The position numbers and the translations under genes are program-made. The notes beneath the pieces are model-generated. The model did no database searches, was not told the DNA's origin, and worked only from the letters and a program-made list of their open reading frames with translations. From an uncultured Acidobacteriota bacterium (GTDB taxonomy: Bacteria; Acidobacteriota; Polarisedimenticolia; J045): a stretch of 64,000 bases of DNA. The stretch is taken from assembly GCA_963702425.1 (NCBI GenBank), contig CAVPCQ010000039.1:84338-148337 (forward strand), given 5' to 3'. Shown in pieces: positions 1 through 11,510 of this stretch (position 1 is the first letter of the stretch; each line of letters opens with the position of its first letter).

Positions 1-1765
1 CCTGGCAGAAGGTCTGTACGGCTTCGACGACGCCGGTCGGATGACGACGCTGACGGTCGCGAACACGGCCTCCGGGACGGGGCTCCAGAACCAGGTCACG
101 CAACTGGAGTACGACGCCCAGGGCCGGCGGACCAAGCGCTGCCTGCCGGACTTCCGGCAGGAGGTGAGCGCGTACCTGTCGAGCGGGCAGCTGAACACGC
201 TGACGGTCACGAGCGCCGGGACGAATTGCAGCGCGCCCGGGACCAAGCAGATCGTGCAGACGTCGACCTGGGACGACGCGGGGCGCCGCACGCAACTGAC
301 GCTGACGACGCCGACGGCGGACGCCGCGCACTACGGCGGGACGAAGAAGCAGACCTGGATCTGGGACGCGCTGGACCGGCTGGAGAAGAGCACGGACGAG
401 AACGCGGACGGCAGCGAGAACGCGGACGACGACGCGATCGTGCGCAAGAAGTACGACAGCCTGGGCCGGCCGGTGGAAGAGGGCTTCGGGGAGTCGTCGG
501 GCGCGGCGCGCTGGAAGGTGCTCTCGGCGTACGACCGGCGCGGGGCGCGGATCTCGCTGAAGTACCCCGCCGCGAACGGGACCGTCGGCACGACGCTGAC
601 GCTGGCCGCGGACACTCTCGGTCGAATGACCGGAATCACGGAGGGCGCGACGATCGTCGCGACGCTGACCTACGTCGGGGCCGGCCGGCTGGCGAAGATC
701 GACTCGCAGGACGACTCGGTTTGGCAGGGTCTGGACTGGGACGCGGCGGGCCGGCGGACGCGCGGCAAGGTGACGGAGGGCGCGACGTCCGCTTCGAGGA
801 GGAGATCGCCTTCGACGCCGACGAACGGGTGCTGTCGGTCAAGTGGCCGCACCTGGTGAGCAGCGGCCGGCCGCAGGTCCAGCAATACGGCTACGACGAG
901 CAGGCCCGGCTGCTGAAGCTGGAGCAGGGGTACGCCGAACCGAGCGGGAGAAGCTGGACCTTCCCGGTGGGCTACTCGGCCTTCCACGACTTCCATCTCG
1001 ACGAGCAGGGCAACTGGGCCGAACATAAGGACGGCGCGGGGACGACGCTGGTGAGCCCGACGATCGCCAAGGACAACGCGTACACGGCCTGGCCGGTCTC
1101 GGGCGGGTCGACGCTGAGCTTCGTGCTGGACGACACGGGGAGGTTCGTGTACGAGCGGCCGGTAGCGGGGGGCGGGAAGTACCTCTACCAGCACGACGGC
1201 CTCGGCCGCCTGATCTCGGCGCAGCGGATCAGCGTGCCGGGCAAGGCCGACCTGACGACGACCTACGGTTACACCGCGGACGGCCGGCTGGCCTGGCGCA
1301 AGGAGGGCGCGGCGGCGCGGGAGTGGCTGATCTACGACGGGTCGCAGGCGGTGGTGCAGACGACCGACACCGCGCTGAGCTGGACCCACGTCTGGGCCGG
1401 AAGCCGGCTGGTGCGCTCGACGAAGCACCCGGCCGGACGGTCTACCAGCCGCACCAGGACCGGCTGGGCTCGATCGTGGTGTTGACGCGCAGCGGCGGCC
1501 CGGAACGGGCGCTCTACGACGCCTACGGCCGGCTGGTGGCGACGTTCTAGACGATCACGAACGACACATTCGCGATCCCCTACGGCTACGCCGGCGCGCG
1601 CTGGGAGGCGACGCGGGACTGTACGAGATGGGGGCGCGCTGGTACGACCCGGAGCTGGGGAGATTCATCGAGCAGGACCCGATCGGCGAGGCCGGCGGCC
1701 TGAACCTCTACGCCTACGTCGGGTCGAGCCCGACGCTGTGGGTCGATCCGACGGGGCTGGCGCGA
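1..1765 (+). pseudogene. Rhs/YD-repeat core, copy 1 (5' end outside window; frameshifts/stop in this assembly)
   Basis: YD/RHS repeats (YDAQGRR, YDSLGRP, YDEQARLL), HQDRLGSIV, and terminal GRFIEQDPIGEAGGLNLYAYVGSSPTLWVDPTGL (DPTGL at 1745-1759). Split over ORFs 41-859 and 226-1485; TAG at 1548. Confidence 0.9.
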
Positions 1766-2635
1766 GACCTAACAGAGTGAAGGTTAGCGTTTAAGCAGAG
1801 CTGATTATGGCGATACGCTCAGCAGAAGGAGAAGAAGATAAAAAAGGAGACAGAGTTACGTACATGCGAATGTAAAAAAAAAAAGAAGAGGATGGTTAGA
1901 TGACGGTGCATAGAGAGGTAAAAAGGTAAGCGGATGAGCATAAGAGTAACTCGAGAAGAGGGTTAAAAGGTGGTTACAAAGATGAGGTAAAGCTAGAGGA
2001 TAGAAGGTGAAGGAAGGTGTTAGGTAGATGATTTAGAGTTAGAGAAGGATGAGAAAGGGAAGGAAAGTAGATATAGTAGGTGGTTGAGAGACTGATAGAG
2101 CTTTTGTAGAGCTAGAAGGTAAGGGAGACTATGGATTTATAAGGTGAATAGGGCACTAAGATAATAGTTAGGATGGGAGATTTGAAGTCATTAATAGTAC
2201 AAAAAGACTGTAGAGTTCACTGTAGGTGGTTTAGTAGGTAAGATGTAGATAGAGGCGCAGTAAGAGTAGCTTGCACAACTGGACAGAGACGTAGCGGTAA
2301 GGGTTTAGGGTTATAGGTTTGCAGAAAAGTGGAGTAGGTGTAGGGAGTTTTAGATAACGATAGAAGAGAGTGCATAGGGGGTTAGGACAAAATTGTTGTA
2401 TTGTTGTGTTAAGATATCGCGCAAGAGATTGGGTATGTTGATAAGGTTCTCGCGATAAAGTGTAATAAGAGCAAGATGTGGTAGAGGCTGACAAGGTAAA
2501 AGGGAAGAAAGAGTATGAGTAAGATGTAGTAGAGCAGTATGAGAGTAGCTAATAGAAGGTGGCGCTTAGAGAACTCGGAATATAGAAGTAGGGTTATGAG
2601 GGAGTTAAGATGTGGATAAAGGTTATTATAATTCT
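1766..2635 (+). other. Cytosine-depleted, A/G/T-rich tract occupying the Rhs CT1 slot
   Basis: Many 60-nt lines have only 1-5 C (e.g. 1981-2100), against C-rich flanks. No long + strand ORF. Confidence 0.85.
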
Positions 2636-3136
2636 AGTTGTTTGTACGCTCTTCACTGGAGCGTCCGAGGGCGGTCAGCGACAGCTACCGCTGTCGCGCC
2701 TGCCGGAGGTGAGCCTCAAGTTTGACCGGATCTCCAAGATGAGCCGGCCAGAAGCAGATGAGAAGATTCGACAAGAACTTGCTGCGCGACTCGTAGCGGC
2801 CGGCGTGACGATCTCGGAGGAATCACATCAACATCTCGATTTCCGTGTCACGGAGACCGCCGTGCCTGGATGCTCGGAAATCGTACATCTCCGGCTTGAG
2901 GTCTGGCTTTGGGAGTCTGTCCTGCTGCCGCGACTGAACAGCGTCAAGTACGTAGTCGATACGTGAGCGCAACAGAGGACGAGTTCGTCTGCGCATCCGA
3001 GGTCGAGACAGAGTCTAGGAGTCGCCTCCTCTTCTTCGCGGATCGACACGTGATGACCGAGCTGGCGGCAATGCGAGAGATCGAGACGGAGAAGGGGACA
3101 CCGACGAAGGCGCCTGTCCCCGCGGGTTCGAAGTAG
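2610..3136 (+). CDS. Putative immunity protein 1, secreted (frameshift near 2965)
   Basis: MWIKVIIILVVCTLFTGAS signal-like N-terminus; directly follows the CT1 slot; ORFs 2610-2966 and 2909-3136 appear to join. Confidence 0.55.
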
Positions 3137-3191
3137 CGACACGTGGTGTAGAAGCGTCACGATCCAGGAACAACGTGTCACGACGCCACAG

Positions 3192-5248
3192 CTGCCCAAG
3201 ACGGAGCAGGAGGTCTCGGACCCGGGCGGGCTGGGGACGAAGACCTGGGTGACGGAGTTCGGGTTCGATGCCTGGGCCGGGCGGTGGAAGTGCGGCTGAA
3301 GGGCAAGCAGGACGCCGACCCGCAGCGGATCGTCAAGCGCACGCTCGACGCGCGGGGCCTGACGACGGCGCAGTGGACGCCGCTCGGGTCCGCGGCTGCG
3401 GGCGACGCCTACAGCACGAAGACGGTCTACGACGGGCTCGGCCGCAAGACGGAGGAGTAGCGCTACGTCGGAGCGACTCAGAGCTGGAGCGGAAACTGGC
3501 AGAAGGTGCTGTACGACTACGACGACGCGGGCCGGATGACGACGCTGACGGTCCCGAACACGGCTCGGGGGCGGGGCTCGAGAACCAGGTCACGCAGCTG
3601 GAGTACGACGCCCAGGGCCGGCGGACGAAGCGCTGCCTGCCGGACTTCCGGCAGGAGGTCAGCGCGTACCTGTCGAGCGGGCAATTGAGCACGCTGACGG
3701 TCACGAGCGCCGGGACGAGCTGCAGCGCGCCCGGGGCCAAGCAGATCGTGCAGACTTCCAGTTGGGACGACGCGGGGCGGCGGACGCAACTGACGCTGAC
3801 GACGCCGACGGCGGACGCCGCGCACTACGGCGGGACGAAGAAGCAGACCTGGTCCTGGGACGCGCTGGACCGCTTGGAGAAGAGCACGGACGAGAACGCG
3901 GACGGCAGCGCGAACGCGGACGACGATGCGATCGTGCGGATGATGTACGACAGCCTGGGCCGTCCGCTGGAGGAGGGCTTCGGGAACTTGTCCGGCGCGG
4001 CGCGCTGGAAGGTGCTCTCGGCCTACGATCGGCGCGGAGTCCGTACGTCGCTGAAGTACCTCGCCGCGAACGGAACGTCGGCACCACGCTGGCGCTGGCC
4101 GCGGACATGTTCGGCCGGATGACCGGGATCACGGAGGGCGCGACCAGCGTCGCGACGCTGACCTACGTCGGGGCCGGCCGGCTGGCGCGGATCGTCTCGC
4201 AGGACGGTTCGGTCTGGCAGGGTCTGGACTGGGACGAGGCCGGGCGGCGGACGCGCGGCCAGGTGACGGAGGGTGCGGCGGTCCGCTTCGAAGAGGAGAT
4301 CGCCTTCGACGCCGACGACCGGGTGCTGTCGGTCAAGTGGCCGCACCTGGTGAGCAGCAGCCGGCCGCAGGTCCAGCAATTCGGCTACGACGAGCAGGCC
4401 CGGCTGCTGAAGGTGGAGCAGGGCTACGGGACCTGGGATGGGACGACGTGGACCTTCACGGAGTACTCGGCCTTCCACGACTTCCATCTCGACGAGCAGG
4501 GCAACTGGGCCGAACATAAGGATGGCGCGGGGACGACGCTGGTGAGCTCGACGATCGCCAAGGACAACGCGTACACGGCCTGGCCGGTTTCGGGGGGTCG
4601 ACGCTGAGCTTCGTGCTGGACGACACGGGGAGGTTCGTGTACGAGCGCCCGGTAACCGGGGGTGGGGAGTACCTCTACTAGCACGACGGCCTCGGGTCGC
4701 CTGGTTCGGCGCAGCGGATCAGCGTACCGGGCAAGACCGACCTGACGACGACCTACGGCTACACCGCGGACAGCCGGCTGGCTTGGCGCAAGGAGGGCGC
4801 GGCAGCGCGTGAGTGGCTGATCTACGACGGGTCGCAGGCGGTGGTGCAGACGACCGACACCGCGCTGACCTGGACCCACGTCTGGGCCGGAAGCCGGCTG
4901 GTGCGGTCGACGAAGAATAGGGCTCGGGACGGTCTACATCCGCACCAGGACCGGCTGGGCTCGATCGTGGTGGTGACGCGCAGCGGCGGCCCAGACCGCG
5001 CACTCTACGACCCCTACGGCCGGCTGGTGGCGGCCTTCTCGACAATCACGAACGACACTTCGCGGTTCCCTACGGCTACGCCGGCGCGCGCTGGGAGGCG
5101 ACGGCGGGGCTGTACCAGATGGGGGCGCGCTGGTACGACGCAGCTGGGACGGTTCCTCGAGCAGGACCCGATCGGCGAGGCCGGCGGCCTGAACCTCTAC
5201 GCCTACGTCGGGTCGAGCTCGACGCTGTGGGTCGATCCGACGGGGCTG
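3192..5248 (+). pseudogene. Rhs core, copy 2 (orphan cassette, frameshifted)
   Basis: Near-identical to copy 1 from about 3500; DPTGL at 5234-5248; no clear start codon; several indels and TAG stops. Confidence 0.9.
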
Positions 5249-6150
5249 GCGAGGGAGAGTGCTACAACGTGGGAACCGCTGGCGGCGGCTCTGGAAACCG
5301 CATGACGCAGATGAACTGGTCCTTCAGCGGCGGGTCCACCAGCGATTGTCTGACCGGCGGCTCGGGCGGATGGATCGACGCTGCCTTTGGGCGCCAAGAT
5401 GACTACTAGGGTCCATCGAAGGACGAGCCTGGGTACCGCCTGACGACGCCGGCGCAGCGGCGGGCGGCCAAGAGGGCGGCGGAGAGCGCGACCGCGACCG
5501 CAGCCGCTGGCCAGTTCCCCGACAGCTTCGAAGCGATCATCGGATCATTCGAGAGGTTGGGAGCAGCGTCACCTGCGGGCATTCCTCTCCAATGCCACGA
5601 CATGTATGCGAACTCGAGTACGGCCGATCGCCTGGCGCGGAAGTTCGCTGGAATCCGGCCACCAGTTCCTGTGCATATCGGGGACGACGTGAGTCATACG
5701 ACCTTCGAGGAGACCCCGAGGGCCACGCGGCGCGTCCCAGTTCAGCACCGGTCGGGATGATCTGGATACGATCTCAGTCTACCGATGAGCAGGAGTGCCT
5801 CGACCTGGTGGAGGAGATGTGGCACGCGGTGGATGAGGCGAGTGTTGGCCATGTTGACCTGCCGGGATGAGCGAAACCGAATACAAGCAAGCGAAGCGCG
5901 ACAGAGAGGCCGATGCAGCAATCGCGTGATCACCGTAAAGCAAGAGTTGATGCGCGCGAACTTCCCGAGGGCTCGCGGACTTCGTGTGCCTCTTGAGGCC
6001 TCGTACCTTTCGATGATTCGCGCTGGCCTGTCCGCACAATCGCTTCGTCAGCATATTGGGGACCTCAAAGGAAAACTAGTCTTGCAGAATGGACTCACAT
6101 ACGAACAGAACTGGGAAACGGCGTGGCGGTCCGCTCAGCACGGGAGGTAG
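5249..6150 (+). pseudogene. Rhs CT2: metallopeptidase-like toxin domain homologous to CT3 (frameshifted)
   Basis: Linker STSDCLTGGSGGWID..QDDY*GPS..PGY..TPAQRRA matches CT3. LVEEMWHAV sits at the HExxH position, and it ends TYEQNWETAWRSAQHGR (stop 6150). Confidence 0.6.
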
Positions 6151-6152
6151 TC

Positions 6153-6860
6153 ATGCGCGGTTGGGTCCTGCAAACTGCTTCGGCTACTGTCGTCATGGCT
6201 CTGATGTGCAGCCTCATACATTCTGACGCTGACCGAACGGTCGAACTCGACGCGATGCGGCGCTTGCCTAGCATCACGCTTGCCGCCAGCCAGCCCGACC
6301 GCTCAGTGGCTCGGGCGGTGTCGGACATTCCGGACTCCGGCGACACTCCTGTCGCGTTGGGGTGCCGGCTTTTCTGGCTTTGTCCTGTGTGGAGGGTCGC
6401 CGATCGAGGGTGGGCTCTGGGCCGAGACGCCGCCCAACACACTCACTCCAATCTCACGGGGAACTGAACTGGTCGAGGTCTTCCGCTCCCACGTGGAGTG
6501 CTTAGCGATGCCGTCCAGGCTCTCGAGTATGGAAAGCTCTACGCGCTCGTCGAGAGCACGGCGCGAAATGTGCAGGTGATCGACCGAGAGCCCTCGCGGG
6601 GACCGGGTCCCAGGGGCCACTCGTCGCCGAACTGATTGGAGCACTAAGTCCCCACGGTGCGTCCAGTATTCGAGAACCGATCGTTGCGGGAATCGGCCCG
6701 TGGACGGTGACCCTTTACGTTCGAGGAGATGGATCGAATCGACAGAGACGTGTGCGCATAGCAGCGACAGGAGCGGTTGATTCGATCGAGAGGACTGAAG
6801 CTCGAAGTCGCGGACGATCAAGGGAGTCGCGATGCTGTGAAGCAGAGATCGGAAGTTCGC
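6153..6860 (+). CDS. Putative immunity protein 2, secreted (frameshifted, end approximate)
   Basis: ATG 2 nt after the CT2 stop with GGAGG upstream; hydrophobic N-terminus MRGWVLQTASATVVMALMCSLIHSDA. Confidence 0.45.
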
Positions 6861-6904
6861 TGGTCGGCGAGGGCACGGTGGGGTGTGTTGGCGGAATCAC
6901 GCAG

Positions 6905-8787
6905 TTCGTCGGGGAGATCGCCTTCGACGCCGACGACGGGTGCTGTCGGTCAAATGGCCGCACCTGGTAAGCAGCGGTCGCCCCCAGGTCCAGCAATTCG
7001 ACTACGACGAGCAGGCCGGCTGCTGAAGGTGGAGCAGGGCTACGGGACCTGGAACGGGACCGAGACGAAGTGGACCTTCACGCAGTACTCGTCCTTCCAC
7101 GACTTCCGTCTGGACGAGCAGGGGAACTGGGCCGAACATCAGGACGGCGCGGGAGCGGAAGCATCCTTGTGAACCGACGATCGTCCAGAGCAACGCCTAC
7201 ATAGAGTGGCCGGTGTCGGGCGGGTCGCCGCTGAAGTTCGTGCTGGACGACACGGGGAGGTTCCTGTACGAGCGGCCGGTGACCGGGGCCAGGAAGTACC
7301 TCTACCGGCACGACGGTCTCGGGCGCCTGGTCTCGGCCGAGAAGCAGAACGCGCAGGGCCAGATCGTGAGCACCACGACCTACGGCTACACCGCGGACGG
7401 CCGGCTGGCCTGGCGGAAGGACGGTGCAGCGGATCGGGAGTGGCTGATCTACGACGGGTCGCAGGCCGTCGTGCAGATCCAGCAACCGTCCCAGGGGGTC
7501 GCCGCCCTGACCTGGACCCACGTCTGGGCCGGAAACCGGCTGGTGCGGACGACCCGTCATCAAGGGCAGAGCGCGAGCTACGTGCGGCACCAGGATCGGC
7601 TGGGATCGATCGTGTTGCTGCGGACGCTCGGGGACGGGAGCCTCGAGAAGAAGCTGTACGATCCCTACGGCCGTGTGGTCGCCGTTCCCACCGACAGCAC
7701 GACGAGCCCGTTGCCGATCCCCTACGGCTACGCCGGCGCGCGCTGGGAGGCGACCGCGGGTCTGTACCAGATGGGGGCGCGCTGGTACGACCCGGAACTG
7801 GGGCGGTTCATCGAGCAGGACCCGATCGGCGAGGCCGGCGGCCTGAACCTCTACGCCTACGTCGGGTCGAGCCCGACACTGTGGGTCGATCCGACGGGGT
7901 TGGCGCGGCAGGGCGTTGGGGGATCCGTGATCGGTGGCGGCCCGGTGAACCGGACGAGTCAGCGTCAACTCCTCGTGGACGGGACGTCGACGAGCGACGT
8001 GCTGACGGGCTCGTCGGGCGGCTGGCTCGATTGGGGATCAAGGCACCAGACGGACTACTGGGGGCCCTCATACGACCAGCCCGGGTACGATCCGAAGACG
8101 CCCGCGCAGCGACGTGCTGAGAGAGGGGCCAGCGGGCAGGAGGCGAAGGGCGCGGCAGGCCAGGGCGGGGATACGGACCTTTACTCGATCATCGCGACCT
8201 TCCAACGCATCGGAGCGGAACTCGGCCCTTGGGCCAACAAGATCGACCTGCTCGCGATCAGCTCTCCCACGCTGCGGCAAGCCCTCGCCCTGGCGCAGCA
8301 GCACGACGCGCACTTCTCCGTCCGCGACAGAGCCACACCGAACTACTATCACGAGGGAAGTGAAAGCGACAACATCCCCGCGCGCACGATTCTCCTCCCG
8401 GGCACAACAGATGGCTACACGGCGGAAGATATCGCTCGAGCGATAGTCCACGAGACAACGCATCTCGAGCAACACATGACCGGGAGGTTCCCTGACATTC
8501 GACAATTGAGCGAGGACAAGTACGTTGCGGGCGTCCTGAAGGCCGAGGCCGAGGCGTTCACGCGCGGCATGAAAGCCACCGAGGAGTTCTCCCGAGCGGG
8601 ATTCGTGGTGGATAGGTCGTCTCTCGAAATGCACGTGGCAGCGTCAAGCGGGCTGCCGCAGGCGGGCGCGGCTTGGGAGCGGGCCGCGACGGCGGCAGCA
8701 CTCGCTTGGGTCAGCAACCCAGACGTATCGCCCTATCCGGCAAGAGCGCATGCAAACTGGAGGAGCTACCATGCCCAGGCGAAGTAG
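6905..8787 (+). CDS. Rhs core copy 3 (short orphan) plus CT3 HExxH zinc-metallopeptidase-like toxin domain
   Basis: ORF 7213-8787 runs intact through DPTGL (7888-7902) into CT3, with AIVHETTHLEQH (8449-8463) and a downstream EAEA; 6905-7200 is degenerate core sequence. Confidence 0.85.
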
Positions 8788-9541
8788 GAACGTGCATACC
8801 CCAACGGCGTGCTTGATCGTTGTGACGCTCGTGTTCCTTACGGGCTTGTCTGCGCATCCTCAAGAGCCTCTGTGCGAGCCTGGATTCACGATGAGCCTGA
8901 CGGGCAGCAAGGATCTGAAGTGGACCGTGCTCGATGACGAGGCTCGCCGAGAGCTGCTTGACCTGCTTTACAAGGAAGCTCCCCTTCTCGCCAAAGAGTT
9001 CCGATCGTGCGGGGAGCTGGCGCCGATTGTAGAGGTTCCGGCGCCATTCCTCCGCTCAGGCCGTCTCTACGCGGGGTGCCTTTGTCCTGATATGGAATGG
9101 TACTACTTTGGAGCTATCGACGATAGCGCCTACGCGCTCTACGGCAGTTCTACTCGACGCCAGAACTTCTACGCATTGACTGGATTGAGACTCGACCAAG
9201 CCGAAAACCGCCTATTGCTCGCGGTCTTCGATGTGACCGCGTCGCAAGCGCCGCCGAGGAGCTTCGTTCCAATCCAAGATCCGGGGAATCCGGGCGGAGA
9301 GCAGGCTCGGATCATGCGACGATGGAAGGGCTTCTTCAGCGAAGACCGAATGGAGCTGGTGAAGCGCAATCTGGACCGAGTGACGCCGCCGTGGCTGTGT
9401 TCCGAGGATTCGTGGTCGGGAGGCTTCTTCGCGACGGTTCCTTCGGGACTCCGGAGAATCGACTTCTCGATCTCCAAAGGCGGCGGCGTCAGTTTCGCGG
9501 TGACGGAAGTTGCATCGACGGACGAACTGCACGGTAGATAG
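8771..9541 (+). CDS. Putative immunity protein 3, secreted
   Basis: AGGAG-N5-ATG overlapping the CT3 end; signal-like ACLIVVTLVFLTGLSA; 256 aa intact ORF of lower GC. Confidence 0.7.
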   Translation: MPRRSRNVHTPTACLIVVTLVFLTGLSAHPQEPLCEPGFTMSLTGSKDLKWTVLDDEARRELLDLLYKEAPLLAKEFRSCGELAPIVEVPAPFLRSGRLYAGCLCPDMEWYYFGAIDDSAYALYGSSTRRQNFYALTGLRLDQAENRLLLAVFDVTASQAPPRSFVPIQDPGNPGGEQARIMRRWKGFFSEDRMELVKRNLDRVTPPWLCSEDSWSGGFFATVPSGLRRIDFSISKGGGVSFAVTEVASTDELHGR

Positions 9542-9639
9542 GAAGCGTGACGGCTGGTCCGTCTGTTTGATTGGCCGACGATCTGTGCCGACGGGAACGC
9601 GGAGACCCGTCGCGGCTAGCGAATGTGGATCGCGCACGC

Positions 9640-11103
9640 GCGCCGGGACGAGCTGCAGCGCGCCCGGGACCAAGCAGATCGTGCAGACCTCGACCTGGGA
9701 CGACGCGGGGCGACGGACGCAACTGACCCTGACGACGCCGGCCGCGGACGCCGCGCACTACGGCGGGACGAAGAAGCAGACCTGGACCTGGGACGCGCTG
9801 GACCGCTTGGAGAAGAGCACGGACGAGAACGCGGACGGCAGCGCGAACGCGGACGACGACGCGATCGTGCGGATGAAGTACGACAGCCTGGGCCGTCCGC
9901 TGGAGGAGGGCTTCGGGGAGTCGTCTGGCGCGGCGCGCTGGAAGGTGCTCTCGGCCTACGACCGGCGCGGAGTGCGTATCTCGCTGAAGTACCCCGCCGC
10001 GAACGGAACCGTCGGCACCACGCTGGCGCTGGCCGCGGACACTCTCGGCCGGATGACCGGGATCACGGAGGGCGCGACGAGCGTCGCGACGCTGACCTAC
10101 GTCGGGGCCGGCCGGCTGGCGAAGATCCAGTCGCAGGACGACTCGGTTTGGCAGGGTCTGGACTGGGACGCGGCCGGCCGCCGGACGCGCGGCCAGGTGA
10201 CGGAAGGCGCGACGGTCCGCTTCGAAGAGGAGATCGCCTTCGACGCCGACGACCGGGTGCTGTCGGTCAAGTGGCCGCACCTGGTGAGCAGCAGCCGGCC
10301 GCAGGTCCAGCAATTCGGCTACGACGAGCAGGCCCGGCTGCTGAAGCTCGAGCAGGGGTACGCCGATCCGAGCGGGAGCAGCTGGACCTTCCCGGTGGGC
10401 TACTCGGCCTTCCACGACTTCCATCTCGACGAGCAGGGCAACTGGGCCGAACATAAGGATGGCGCGGGGACGACGCTGGTGAGCCCGACGATCGCCAAGG
10501 ACAACGCGTACACGGCCTGGCCGGTCTCGGGCGGGTCGACGCTGAGCTTCGTGCTGGACGACACGGGGAGGTTCGTGTACGAGCGGCCGGTGGCCGGGGG
10601 CGGGAAGTACGTCTACAAGCACGACGGCCTCGGCCGCCTGGTGTCGGCGCAGCGGCTCAGCGTGCCGGGCAACGCCGACCTGACGACGACCTACGGCTAC
10701 ACCGCGGACAGCCGGCTGGCTTGGCGCAAGGAGGGGACGGCGGCGCGCGAGTGGCTGATCTACGACGGGTCGCAGGCGGTGGTGCAGACGACCGACACCG
10801 CGCTGACCTGGACCCACGTCTGGGCCGGAAGCCGGCTGGTGCGGTCGACGAAGCACCCGGCCGGAACGGTCTACCATCCGCATCAGGACCGGCTGGGATC
10901 GATCGTGGTGGTGACGCGTAGCGGCGGACCGGACCGCGCGATCTATGATCCCTACGGCCGGCTGGTGGCGGCCTTCTCGACGATCACGAACGACACTTTC
11001 CCCGTGCCCTTCGGCTACACCGGGGCGCGCTGGGAGGCGACGGCGGGCCTCTACCAGATGGGGGCGCGCTGGTACGACCCGGAGCTGGGGCGGTTCATTG
11101 AGC
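9640..11103 (+). pseudogene. Rhs core, copy 4 (in frame, truncated at GRFIE before the cleavage motif; no CT)
   Basis: Near-identical to copy 1 from AGTSCSAPG to ARWYDPELGRFIE, then abrupt loss of similarity. Confidence 0.9.
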
Positions 11104-11394
11104 CGGTGAGGCGGCCACATACGATGACGGGCTCAAAGCCCAATACTCGAATCGGCCGGCCCCGAGGTGAACGGCCCCCTCGCACCCAGCAGGTTGGTGA
11201 CGCGTCTCACCTCGTCCCTGGCCCGGTGCAAGGCCGGAGACCACGAGCGCCCGGCCGAGCCAAGTCCCTCGCCCGAACCACTCGCCGCCCCCTGATCTCG
11301 CCTGGTGCTGCAGCGTCCGCTGGTCCTTGGATCTGCTTCCCTTCGGAACAGCCCGCGCTGCCACGCGGACCGCGCTTCGCACAGAGTCGTACCC

Positions 11395-11510
11395 TGTACG
11401 ACGAGCAGGCCCGGCTGCTGACGCTTGAGCAGGGGTACGCCGACCCGAGCGGGAGCGGCTGGACCTTTCCGGCGGGCTACGCCGGCTTCCACGACTTCCA
11501 TCTCGAAGAG
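11395..11510 (+). repeat. Short Rhs core fragment (copy 5)
   Basis: Translates YDEQARLLTLEQGYADPSGSGWTFPAGYAGFHDFHLE, matching 10320-10435. Confidence 0.85.

Noticed and set aside
2231-2494. Minus-strand 87-aa ORF in the C-poor tract
   Set aside because: A by-product of skewed composition (few G on that strand, so few TAG/TGA stops); no RBS or motif.
1548-5409. In-frame TAG codons in Rhs cassettes as stop-codon recoding
   Set aside because: They replace different codons (TCG, CAG/AAG, TGG), and TAG ends normal genes here (pyrH, nusG, rplL, rpoC).
1-11510. Diversity-generating retroelement explaining the repeats or the C-poor tract
   Set aside because: No reverse transcriptase in the window, no ~100-nt TR/VR pair, and differences are not adenine-specific.
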